NCBI GenBank assembly: GCA_977030845.1
Contig: OZ365118.1
Location: 23,498,001-23,562,000, forward strand
DNA from: Fimbriosthenelais zetlandica
Taxonomy: Eukaryota
DNA: 64,000 nucleotides
Direction: 5' to 3'
This document shows, in pieces, positions 14,451 to 26,831 of this stretch. The notes below the pieces were generated by a model. It worked only from the letters and a program-made list of their open reading frames with translations, ran no database searches and was not told the DNA's origin. A program made the translations under genes and the position numbers. Each line of letters begins with the position of its first letter. The first letter of the stretch is position 1.

Positions 14451-16759
14451 AGCCAGGCGCTGTGCAAAGGCACAGTTAAACTATCGCGATAAGGCTACGA
14501 AACAGGCGACAAGAAATATAACTAAATTAAACCGTAAATTTTGAGATGAAAATTATCAAAGAAAGCAACGGTAAAGGATGGAACTACTAGACTTGATTAT
14601 ACACAGCCGAGTTAAGGTACACGCGGATTTAATGATGGTTTGAAACGCGGCGAAACAGGCGGGCAGAAGACGAGTTATCGTGCGATACGAACACGGCAAT
14701 GCGGTTTACTGTCGCAACATTAATATCGACATATTTAATATCATCTCAACGATGTATAGATCTATATGTATGTACACGGATGATAATTAAATATTTCTCT
14801 ATTGTGAATCTATCAGTAATGTTTGTGAACTCATTATCATGGTCGCTTCTTTGCGGATTGAATAAATATAAGATTTTTAGAAAAGGTACATAAAAAAAAT
14901 ATAGAAAAAAACCATTCATGTATTTGTATAGCAAGATAGTTGTCATGATCTGTATCAAGTATTAGAGGCCTGTTTCATAAATCTGGGTTAATATTATGAA
15001 ACAGGCCATGGTTTGTGTACGTTAAGGAGCTAATCTAGTCCTGGTCTAGTCTTGGGTCACCCCGCCCTCCTCCTCCCCCCAACCACAATAACCTCAAACA
15101 TGGGGAGAAGCTAAAGCACCATCAGCAGACCTAGCCTGACTAATTAGGATACGTTCAATTTTTAAATTTCCAAGTTGTATTTAAGCTTGGATTGGTGTGA
15201 AAATAAGTTAATAATTGTATCCAGAGTTTAACCCTTTGAGGCCCGTTTATCACCCAACCAACATCCTGACATCTGAGAGGGGATAGAGAGGGTTAACTAA
15301 ACTGATGGTGCTGGGTCCCTGACCTACTAGAGGGCCTGCCAGATAGATCCTAAATATCACAATACAAACAAAACAATTCACACAAAAACCTCTAAACTCC
15401 TGAAAATAAAGGGGAAAAAGAGCTGAAAATAAAACAATTCACATTAGTACGCCCTGGCAGGCCCAACTAGATGAACTGATGTAAAGTTTTGTACTCACAA
15501 ACCAGCTTCACAATCCAAGAATAATCCAGGCACATTTCACACACATTTGCCTTTTAACAGGCATTTTTGGCCATTTCACAAATTTCACATAATGGCATTT
15601 CACATATGCCTACTTGAGGCACTTTCACATATTTTAGCACTTTCACATTCCTGAAGCAAGATGAAGAACGGCAAGATTTCACAAGACAAGCATGTGTGGT
15701 GTGGGGGTTGGAGGGAGGTGGGGAAAAGGGGAGGAGGGTGGTGAGGAAAAGGGGAGGAGGGTGGTGAGGAAAAGGGGAGGAGGGTGGTGGGGAAAAGCGG
15801 GAGGAGGGAGGTGGGGAAAAGCGGGAGGAGGGAGGTGGGGAAAGGGGAGGAGGGAGGTGGGGAAAAGGGGAGGAGGGTGGTGGGGAAAAGCGGGAGGAGG
15901 GAGGTGGGGAAAAGCGGGAGGAGGGAGGTCTCAGTGCAAGGGGTGGGAGGGGGTGGGGTGGGGATTGGCTTGGGGGTCGGGGGTGGGAGGGGGAGAGGGA
16001 GTGGTGAGCCAGGGAATGAGGGGGGGGGGGCTGCCTGTGAATCTGAAGGTTGTGGTGATGACGTTGCTTTTCTATGGTGGTGGCACAAGCGATGGTGGCA
16101 GTAACGGTGGTGGCATGGGTGGTGGCAAGGGCCCGGTGGTGGTGGCCCAGGCCCTTCCTCAGCCGTAGAAGCCTAGTCAGTGATAGCTTCAACCCTGCCA
16201 ATGTCAGCTGAGGCCTGTCAATGGTAGCTCACAGCAGCTGTAGTGGAAATACTGCAGAGCTCCATCTCTTTACTGAAAAATAAATTATAGACGTTATAGA
16301 GCTACACAGTGGCCAGGTCATAGAATGCACGGACGTGGTCTGCTTTATACAAATTTCCAAAATATTTTGAAGTTTAATAAGCCTTTTATTTTCACCAATT
16401 TCATTTCTACAATGTATATACAATGTATTAATAATTGCGACATGAAATTGATAGAAAGTTTGGTGTTAAATTAATGGTGTATACACCAGGATTGAAATGT
16501 AATTAGAGGGAGTGACACTGTGCAGGCCGGCGGTGCTCAATGGTGCGGAAAAAACAAACGCCGGCCACACATCAACTAACACAGTCAGACCTGAAAACAC
16601 AGTAAATAAATGAATATAAATGAAACCTACCTTATACAGAGCCTTCTGTGCCTCATCCACTTGGCGTGTTTTAATTATTGAGGAAGTTGAGTTGGTTTTT
16701 ACGGCGCTGTGAAGGTTGAGGTGTATATATATAGAGTGGGAGTGGTTTGGGAAGCAAAC

Positions 16760-17071
16760 ATTGGCGGGAAACTTAAGCTGTGGTCCAATGGAGAATGGCG
16801 GCTCTCAATGCCTCAAGTCTTGACATAATCCTCTCCAAAACACTTTCACTGGACTTGGGAAATCACGAGATTTCTTTTCCATAAAGGACTGTTCTAAAAA
16901 CGCCAGGTACGCTGGGTCGGTACGGTTCTTGAAACCCGATCCTTCCACTGCTGCCATAGTGGTCAACCCGGGTCAATTCAATGTCACAATCACCTGTAGG
17001 CCTGTACACCTCGATCCGTGTGGCTGGTAGTGAATAAAACCACATTTGGAGCAACGACCTAAATTAGGCGT
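16760..17071 (-). pseudogene. Possible degenerate retroelement (DIRS-like) ORF1 N-terminus with a CxxCxxxHxxPxGxxC motif
   Basis: Frame from ACG at 17071: PNLGRCSKCGFIHYQPHGSRCTGLQVIVTLN*PGLTTMAAVEGSGFKNRTDPAYLAFLEQSF...; a shifted frame gives SESVLERIMSRLEAL (coiled-coil-like). The family call is from memory of the motif only. Confidence 0.3.
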
Positions 17072-17687
17072 GGATATATATGAAGTCCAAGGGAGTAATA
17101 TCCCATTAATCCAAATAAAATAATTAGTGAGAGCATATATATATATATATGTGTGTGTATGTAGTGGACACAGCGGGGGTCACTAGTGGACTGCCTGCGA
17201 GGTGGGGACAAGACAACAGTCGGCTTCCTAGCAACCAGGTGGTCAGTGCAGCGGACTCCAGGTGGCGTATACCCCCATAGCCTCCAAGCTATATATATAT
17301 ATTTTTTTATTTAGAATATTTATACAGCCAAGCTAGAGTTTGCTAGGCTCACGGGGCAAATGGTTAATATATATATATAGAGAGTGGCCAGGGTGAGGGG
17401 AGGGGGGGGGGGGAGATCAGCTGACCGGTCAAACTTACCGCCATAAACCAGATGACACCTGTAAACAGTGGGAGTGAGCTTCTGTATGGAAGGGCTCCAC
17501 TACGCCACCTAGCCGCTCTACATGGTACTTCCTCTGTGAGACTCAAGCTGCCTGAGTACAGTGCTGCCTAGAGTGGCAGCTCCATGAACTAACCTGCCTT
17601 AACAAACATTTTCCTCCTTCGTGTCACTCTGTTCCGATGACGATCAGAACTACAATCTTCAGTCCTCATAGATGGCTGTCATATAAT

Positions 17688-17846
17688 TATGGAACGCCAT
17701 AGGGACATTTATTCTGTATTTGAAGATATCTTCAAATGATTTAGAGATATCTTCAAATGATTTAAAGATAGCTTCAAATATTTGCATATATCTTCAAATA
17801 TTTGAAGATTATCTTTAAATCATTTGAAGATATCTGTAAATGATTT
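17688..17846. mobile_element. Dispersed palindromic-subrepeat element (copy 2)
   Basis: Same tatggaacgccatagggacatt start and gaagatatcttc subrepeats as 10969-11190. Confidence 0.6.
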
Positions 17847-18496
17847 ACACATCTACTCTACCTACAACCATCACCACACAATCACACAGCAACCATCACC
17901 ACACAGGACAATCACACAGCAACCATCACCACACAGGACAATCACACAGCAAATACACTCACAAATACTACTTTAAGAGTACTCAGTGTTCACTGGATGA
18001 TTTAATAACAATAATCACGACAAACCGCAGTAAAATATCAACAATATGTAAAGTCTATAATATATATCTCTATTCTATTTTTTCTCTATTCCCGGCACAT
18101 CAGACAGTCTTTTAGGTCCCTCAGAGAGTTCTATCTCTATTCTCAGTCACTCTAGTAGCATGAGAACACATCAATATAATAATGTATATAATATATATAG
18201 TATATGGCCTGACGCTTGGTGCTCCATGTCATAAATAGTCAAGAGTTGTAGTTATAGTTTAGTCAGTTGAGCTCTATCCCAGGCGTCAATATAGGCGTCA
18301 GTATAACTGAGACCCAGGCGTCAATATAGGCGTCAGTACAGCTGAGACCCAGGCGTCAATATAGGCGTCAGTATAACTGAGACCCAGGCGTCAGTATAGG
18401 CGTCAGTACAGCTGGGAGCCGGGCGTGAGTATAGGCGTCAGTACAGGCGTCAGTACAGCTGAGACCCAGGCGTCAGTATAGGCGTCAATATAGGCG

Positions 18497-20177
18497 TCAG
18501 TACAGCTGGGAGCCGGGCGTGAGTTTGCCCGTTTTAATGAGGTCTATATCGGTGTGGAATCGCACGCCCATGGAGGCGGGCGTGCATGTGACGCGCGGGA
18601 AGAAGATGTTCTCATACACGATGGCCTTCTTACTGGCACGCCAGTTCACGTCGCCATGCTTCACGAACACGTCGGTTCGCCGCGGGTTCGCGATAGCTCC
18701 GGGAACTTGTCGGAAGGTGGTCGGGTAAAGTCCACTCTCTATACGACCATCAGACGTGAAGCTGACCTGAGGTAAGAGGTTCAACTTGTGACCCAGGGTG
18801 GTCGAGTGACGGGGCAGGCGGGACGGGTGGTGGGACGGGTGGTGGGTGGGGGAGGCAGCTGGGCTGAGAGGTCGACTGGTGTGAGGGAATGAGGGAGACT
18901 TATTGAGGTCTGGTGATGAGGGTTGAGTAGAGAGGTAATGACTGCGAGTTGACGGGCTGACTCGGTGTTCAGGTGAGGTGCTGGGTGTACGGGGGCCGCC
19001 AGCCTTCTGCTGGAGGTGGGGGGTGGGGAAGCTGCTCGGGGGATGGTGGGGGGCATGGTGGGGGGCGGGGAAGCTGCTCGGGGCATGTCGGGAGGTGTGG
19101 ATGACGTCCTCAGACAGACTCCTGGTCGTCCCGAGTCCATCCTGACGAGTATAACCTCGACGATCAGCAAAAAACATGAGCTGACCACGAGCCTCGTCAA
19201 TATCTGTAACAGAGAAGGAGGAGATGAACAAAGACATGCTTGGTCGTTAACAGAGAACAAAGAGGAGATGAACAAAGACATGCTTGGTCGTTAACAGAGA
19301 ACAAAGAGGAGATGAACAAAGACATGCTTGGTCGTTAACAGAGAACAAAGAGGAGATGAACAAAGACATGCTTGGTCATTAACAGAGAACAAAGAGGAGA
19401 TGAACAAAGACATGCTTGGTCGTTAACAGAGAACAAAGAGGAGATGAACAAAGACATGCTTGGTCATTATAGCGGCTACCACCCTCCCCCACCCTACAAG
19501 ACTATCACTGTAACAGAGAGAACAAAGAGATAAACAAAGCCTGGTCATTAACAAAGATAAGATTTATAAAGACATGCTTGGTCGTTACAGCGGCCACCAT
19601 CCTCCCTCATCTTACAAGATCACCCTACATTATAATGTATTTATTTTTTACCTTTCTTGGTGGGTAGTGAGTTGCGGAGGTCGGTTTTTGATCGTCGGAG
19701 CTGGCCCCAGATTGGGAACTTGTCAAGTTGTAGTTTGACGGTTGTTGAGGGGACGGGAGGAGAGACGAGGCCGACCCGGCGGTTATGATACATCCCCCTA
19801 AAGTCAGACATCCCCCTAAAGTCAGACAGCGCCTCCAGCGGCCGGCGGTCCTGACGGGGGCTGAGGAAGAACGTACGGTCATAGTGGGCCTTCATGGGGT
19901 ACTGGCCTGCCGAGCTGGGGTACTGGCCTGCCGAGCTGGGGTACTGGCCTGCCGAGCTGGGGTACTGGCCTGCCGAGCTGGGGTACTGGCCTGCCGAGCT
20001 GGGGTACTGGCCTGCCGAGCTGGGGTACTGGCCTGCCGAGCTGGGGTACTGGCCTGCCGAGCTGGGGTACTGGCCTGCCGAGCTGGGGTACTGGCCTGCC
20101 GAGCTGGGGTACTGAGCTGCCTCGCCCGTGTCTGAGAGTTCCTCATTTCTGACTGGCAGTTGTGTCTCGCTCATCAT
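18497..20177 (-). CDS. Uncharacterised 410-aa protein with an N-terminal (YPSSAGQ)10 array, a Pro/Ser/His-rich middle and a globular-looking C-terminus
   Basis: Exons 19652-20177 (AAG AAA G|GTAAAA) and 18497-19203 (ctctgttacag|AT), phase 1-1, 1233 nt total, ends ...TGKLTPGSQLY*; the true start could lie further upstream. Confidence 0.7.
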
Positions 20178-20455
20178 GAAGGTAGTATCATGAAGGTAGT
20201 ATCATGAAGGTAGTATCATGAAGGTAATATCATGAAGGTAGTATCATGAAGGTAATATCATGAAGGTAATATCATGAAGGTAGTATCATGAAGGTAGTAT
20301 CATGAAGGTATTATCATGAAGGTAGTATCATGAAGGTAGTATCATGAAGGTATTATCATGAAGGTATTATCATGAAGGTAGTATCATGAAGGTATTATCA
20401 TGAAGGTATTATCATGAAGGTAGTATCATGAAGGTAGTATCATGAAGGTAATATG
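20172..20455. repeat. 14-bp tandem repeat abutting the predicted start codon
   Basis: catgaaggtagtat units; first unit overlaps the ATG at 20175-20177. Confidence 0.9.
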
Positions 20456-21136
20456 GTGTAGAGGAGCAGGTTTACGTAATCCACAGATTTTAAGGAGATG
20501 ATGCCTTATCAGGCTCAGCACCCCACTCTATCCATGTGTGGGGTTCAGTGTGTCTGTGTGGGGTGTTGGTTGTTGGTATCCTCCTTGTTAAATGTTTGTA
20601 GATGATTCCTCAGTGATACATGCACCTACTGCTCCTCATGTAATGTATGAGCTGTAAACATAACTAGAAACATTGATACAATAAGCTCTACATGTGATTA
20701 GACCTGCCACTCACTCACTCACTCACTCACTCACTCACTCACCAGCTAGATCCTCTCAGGATTCCTGGCTGAGATCCATGGCTCATGGCTGAGTTCTCAT
20801 AGTTAGTAGCAACTCAGAGCTTAACAAGGTGATCCGTGTAAGCTTATTATAATCATTGTAACAATCATACACACTACTAAAACAACTGGCCTTATATCAA
20901 CTTATATCAACAAACCTTATTCTATTTCTTTCTCTGTAAATATAGACCCTTATGTGCATTGTGATGTCTGTAGATGAGTTCATTCATTTATTCATTGCAA
21001 TAAAGTTACTTCATTCATTCATCCATTCATTCATTCAAACCGCACTGGCCCATGACTCATATTATTAAGGAGAACATTGTTACATGTACATCATCCCAGA
21101 ACTTCCTATTCCAGTTAAAGACAAGTCATTGACGTA

Positions 21137-21345
21137 GATGAGGTCTAATGTTAGATCAGGTCTAATGTTAGATCAGGTCTAATGTTAGATCAGGTCTAAT
21201 GTTAGATGAGGTCTAATGTTAGATCAGGTCTAATGTTAGATCAGGTCTAATGTTAGATCAGGTCTAATGTTAGATCAGGTCTAATGTTAGATCAGGTCTA
21301 ATGTTAGATCAGGTCTAATGTTAGATCAGGTCTAATGTTAGATTG
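21137..21345. repeat. 17-bp tandem repeat
   Basis: gatcaggtctaatgtta units. Confidence 0.9.
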
Positions 21346-22092
21346 ATTAGGAGGAGAAGTTAGAAGAAGAAGGAGACTTAGATCAAACCTTATCAAACGG
21401 CACTAGCTCACGACTCATATTATCAACGAGATTCATTTTTACATTTAAACTTCTCAATCAAGTACTGCACAATGTAAAACACCAGACATGGACATAGAGT
21501 GTGTGTGACGTTAGAAGGTTTAGATACAATGTTAGAATGAGTTAGCTGAAGGAGAGAGACTAGTCTTAGAGTGAGGTGAGAGGTGAAGGTGGCCTTAATG
21601 TTTGACAAAGACCAACAATCAGATTAGTCCAGGCTTAGAGCAGGCAGCGTTCATATTAAAGTGGAGTGCTGGCTGGAGGCCAGTATTATAATCTACCTGC
21701 CTACCACAGTAGAGACTTAAAGTACAGTGTACACTTACTATAGCGACATGCAATAAATACACTATAACGATACCACAGCATAACAAGACCTACAGTAGAC
21801 CCTTACTATAGCGACATACAATAAAACTTCACATTAATGAAACATCTACAGTAGACCTTTACTATGACACAATGATATCTACAGAAGGTCCTCATTATAA
21901 CGTCATACAAAAACAGAATAATTTCAATAAAGAAGACGTTCATTTATAAGGACAAATTGTAGTAGAATCCAGTGTAAGCTCACATTTAACTGTATCTATA
22001 TATGCATGTATGAAGGGAGGGACCTGTCCTCTATAGTTCAGAGAACCAGAGAGAATCGGAGCATTAAGATGTACGAGTATTCTGATCGTGTC

Positions 22093-22116
22093 TATAAATA
22101 GACTGTGGGATTCCCA
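22093..22116 (+). promoter_or_regulatory. TATA box with an adjacent kB-like site upstream of the TNFR-like gene
   Basis: TATAAATA at 22093-22100, GGGATTCCC at 22107-22115, about 100 bp upstream of ATG 22204. Confidence 0.45.
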
Positions 22117-22203
22117 AGCTGAATGACCCACTCGTCACAGGCCTTACACACGGGATCTCACGAGGAGAGAATGGTGGGCTTCAGTCCAGGCTTCAGTCCA
22201 GGT

Positions 22204-25200
22204 ATGAAGATACTCTGGTCACTCCTGCTGCTGACCATCCGTGTACAGGTGAGCTGAACCTTTAATTACAGGTAGATGTAACAGGTGAGAGGGGTAGAGG
22301 GGTAGAGGCGAGGTAGGAACAAGTTGTGTTTTGTTGTGGGATGGGTAGGTATGAGTGTTGGGGGATGGGCTATAGGTATGAGTGTTGTCGGGGGGATCGG
22401 TAGGGATAATTGATCATATAGTAAATACGCCTCTTCACAAGGTGGTCCTCTAAGCCTATATTGTCTACTGGACTAACTTAGTTGTATAAACCAAGTTATA
22501 TAAGGTCTGACTGGGGACATCTCATGTTAAACTAGTCCGTTATTATAGGTGACTCATCATCACGCTATCTGTGCCAGTTATTAGACACTGATTATTGAGG
22601 CGTATATTACACGGAGGTCTAACTATACACCATATATGGTTCTCTATATATGTACATCATTCATGGTTCTCTCTGTCACCCGCATTATAAAGGCCTGTAA
22701 GGAGCAGTGGTTGACATGTTGTTTCGGGAAGTTTGAGTACATACAGGTTCATGGTAACCTATAATCAGCCAGTATTAGACATGCTGATAAAGGATCTATA
22801 CGCTGATAGCGTGTCCTACATCTGGCTGGCCCGGTAACCTCACCGCGTCATCACCGCGTCCCGTGACGTCATGACAGGGGCATCCCCTGATACAGACGTG
22901 AAAGTGAGGCTGGGGAATTCCCAAATACAAACAGGTGGAAACTATTGACCACTATTCTATGTTTGTACTCTCTTACCCTGATTTGGGTCGTCAGATTCAA
23001 AATAAAACAAAATAAACTTTCAAATTAATTTCATTGATATTTTTTCAGGGGGTGTCGGTGTCGGATGCCATCACAGGGCCTGATTCCTGTACTAGCAAGT
23101 GAGTAACTTGGGTGTTCATGGTCTTATAATAATAATAAAAATAAAAGTGAATAAAGGACTGAGATTTAAGATCTGAACAGCCACACCAGTCTTACTAGCT
23201 CTCTTATCTTTACAGACAATTCTACGATTACAGTGAAGGCAGATGTGAGACGTGTAAAAGTTGTCCTAAAGGTTTGGGACGAAGCAACTTTTACTATAAC
23301 GATGATTGTATTCAATCAAACCCGCAACCCATCAATGGGACCAAACTGTACCTGCACTGTATCCAGACTGTCTCAGTACCAGTATGGCCGCCCATACCGG
23401 TACCGGTCAGATCTACAGGTGGAGCGGGACTGACAGAGCCACCAGGTGAGTGAACACATGCACCAAGCTACCCACCAACACAAACTACCCACCAACACGA
23501 ACTACCCACCAACACAAACTACCCCCCAACACAAACTACCCACCAACACAAGCTACCCACCAACAAGAACTACCCCCCATTCTAACTATCCAACATTCAA
23601 TAAAATACCCACCATTCTAACTATCCAACATTCAATAAACTACCCACCATTCTAACTATCCAACATTCAATAAACTAACTACCCACCATTCATTCATTCA
23701 AACTAATTGTTGTATTTATAGGGAATCACACGACGTCTCCGCCATCAGTGAAACTGTCTAAAGTGGAGACGCTGCCCGCGTCCCACACCCAGACGTACGT
23801 CATGGTGTCTGTGGTGGGGGGATGTCTGACGTTAGTCGTCGTCATGTTAGCTTTATACATATATAGACGGAGGAGGAGACGACCCAGACCTGTAACACCA
23901 GACATAGAGAGTATCCAGCCTGATCCCAGACAACTCTTCACCCTCCATCAGGCTCCCAGTAACCCAGTCAGGCAAGGTGAGTACCCTCCATCATCCCAGC
24001 AACCCAGTCAGGCAAGGTGAGTACCCTCCATCATCCCAGTAACCCAGTCAGGCAAGGTGAGTTGCTACACTCCTGGGTTTAGACTCCAGGTTTAGTTGAC
24101 CTCCTGATTTAGTTTAAGCTCCTGGCTCTTGGTATGGTGTAAACTGCTGATTTGATGGTTGAGCTCCTGATTTGGTGTAAACTTCTTGGTTGAGCTCCTG
24201 ATATGGTTTCTGTTATTGATGATGGTTGAGCTGCTGGTTTTGTCTCTGTCATTTTTGATGTTTTATGTCCAGGTGATGATGTGTATTTTTGTTGTTATTT
24301 TTGATCCAGGTGATGACGTGTTTTTTTATTTTTGATGTATCCAGGTGATGATGTGTTTGTTATTTTTGATGTATCCAGGTGATGATGTGTTTTTTGTTAT
24401 TTTTGATGTATCCAGGTGATGATGTGTTTGTTATTTTTGATCCAGGTGAGGACGTGTCCCTGTCCTGTCTCTGTCATGACACCTCCCTCATCACCTCGTT
24501 CTCTGTCCGCTGGTTCCATCCCGCCACTCAGCGGAATCTCTTTGGTTCTCAGACAGAGATTAAACGTATCCACCGGTTAGACGGGGGGACGTACGACGTC
24601 CACATCCACGGACGCTACGTCAACACTAAACAGTTCACGGTCCAACTGAGTCTGGATGTAGAGGTGGAGACGGGCGGAGAGGCGACAGAACATGCGGCAT
24701 TCACAGCCAGCGCTCTACAACATGGTAAATAGTCATACTATATTCAACACAGATCACATTGACAATAGTCAACACAGATCACAGTTTTCTCTCTCTCGTT
24801 TATCAGCAGCAGGTAATGGTTTGCTTGCGGTCGAGCACGGTCCAGACGCGGTCGAGCATGGATCAGATGCGGTTGAGCACGGTCCAGATGCGGTTGAGCA
24901 CGGAGAGGCGGCTGGGGGGCAGGCCTTGCTTCCCGTAGAGCACGAGGACTCAGTGGAACCGCTGGCCGCACCCGAGATGAACCCGGAGACCGCAGTACCG
25001 CACATCCTGCCCAGCGGAGGTACGTTACTCTACTCCATGTTAATATGTCCATGATAGAAGCCAGCTGTCTGTATAGGCATCATCAGCTGTATGTATAGGT
25101 ATAGGCCTATATTTCACCTCACGTTTCCTTCCATTCATTTCAGCTGAAGCTCCCATGGCTTTGATTATAGCAGCGTATGAAAATCATCTCCCCATGAGCC

Positions 25201-26831
25201 ATCCAGGTCAGTCTTACATTCAGTCTTACTGACATGGTCTTACTGCCATGGTCTGACTCCATGCCCATTGTTGACTTGGTGTTGTAACAGTGAATCATTG
25301 TTGACTTGGTGTTGTAACAGTGAATCATTGTTGACTTGGTGTTGTAACAGTGAATCATTGTTGACTTGGTGTTGTAACAGTGAATCATTGTCGACTTGGT
25401 GTTCTAACAGTGAATCATTGTCGACTTGGTGTTGTAACACTGAATCATTGTCGACTTGGTGTTGTAACAGTGAATCCTGTTTTCAGATAAGGTGTGTAGT
25501 CTGGCGTTGAAGCAGCTTGTAGAGAGGGAGGAGAGTATGGTTCAGCTCGCCATCCTGCTCGACCCCTACAACACGCTGCTGAGGGCATTCGCTCTCTCCA
25601 AGGCCCACATGACCTACCAGGAGATCAAGTTTGTAGAGTAAGTCATTCATGTTAGATTCAGAGTAAGTCATTCATGTTAGATTCAGAGTAAGTCATTCAT
25701 GTTAGATTCAGAGTAAGTCATTCATGTTAGATTCAAAGTGGATCTAAGTCATTCATGTTAGATTCCTACTGACGGGAGGTGGCACCTCCTGGTGGTCATA
25801 TAGCACACCTGATCAGATAACCAGGTACTGTAATATTGGCCATCTTATATAAGGTACACTGCTTGTTACAGGTACTGTACTCGGGGTGAGGGGAATGCTG
25901 TGCGGGGATTCCTGAACTACATCACGGAGGTAAAGAATCAGACGCTGTTTGTGTATGACTTACTTCACTTCATGCTCAGTCATAACTTCCCCAAGACGCG
26001 GGAGACCATCAATATACTATACTACACTCACCAGGACTGCCAGGCCTGCCTCAAGCTGTTCACGTATGTACCACTAACCAGCCTTCATTATCTCATCCCC
26101 GCCATCATTCCTACCCCCCTGTCTACTGTCAGTCATCATTCCTACCCCCTGTCTACCGTCATTACATCATGTGTTATTTGAATCTTGCAGGGATCATTGT
26201 TCACCTAGTAACGTTACAGAGTATCGTTATGTTGTACACTGGCACAGCTCGGTACAGCACCAAGCCTGTACCCAGACACTGTACCACCTCCTCAACATCA
26301 GCAGGCACAGTCTGAGCTTCAGGGAGACTATGAGGGTTCAGCTCGAGCCGACCCCCGACATCTGGCGCGATATCGGCCGGGTGCTGGGCGGATTTACCAA
26401 ATACCTGCTAGATTACATAGAGTAAGTACACAACAATATACATTACAATGTAGACAAGAGCCTCCAGCTGAAAATCATACATCAACTGGAGTAATCAAGA
26501 TTATGAGCTGGTAATCACCCCATAATAATGGCTCTATTTGCTGATTTCTCATGTTGTTGAGTGGGCCTCCTTGTTCATTTGACCGATTTCTCATTTTCTG
26601 TCTTTCAGACATCATTACAGCAGCCCCAGGGGTAATCTGAGCGTGACAGCGTCAGAGAAAGTCCTGGAGATGTTGGCAGCTACCTACCCACACCTCAAGG
26701 TGGCAGCACTGGTCGACTGGCTGGTCGCAAAGAGACACAATAACGTGGTGGATAAAATCTACACATCCCACATAAACTGTCAACACTGTCAAAACATTAG
26801 TCACCCTCTCATGATGCCATCATTTACATAG
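22204..26831 (+). CDS. TNF-receptor-like type I membrane protein (643 aa): signal peptide, Cys-rich module, TM, cytoplasmic Ig-like domain, two death-fold-like domains
   Basis: Exons 22204-22248, 23049-23098, 23216-23445, 23722-23976, 24446-24724, 24807-25019, 25144-25206, 25487-25637, 25872-26063, 26191-26421, 26609-26831 (1932 nt, all phases consistent). MKILWSLLLLTIRVQG signal; CTSKQFYDYSEGRCETCKSCPKG Cys-rich domain; TM VMVSVVGGCLTLVVVMLALYIY followed by RRRRRR; GEDVSLSC...VRWFH...DGGTYDV Ig motif; IWRDIGRVLG...LKVAALVDWL...HNNVVDKI death-like. Confidence 0.8.
22864..22922 (+). promoter_or_regulatory. CRE + kB motif cluster in intron 1 of the TNFR-like gene
   Basis: TGACGTCA 22864-22871, GGGGCATCCCC 22877-22887, perfect palindromic GGGAATTCCC 22913-22922. 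Confidence 0.45.

Noticed and set aside
15554-16201. Overlapping Pro/Gly/His-rich ORFs on both strands
   Set aside because: Mostly a G-rich low-complexity repeat; no consistent spliced frame could be built
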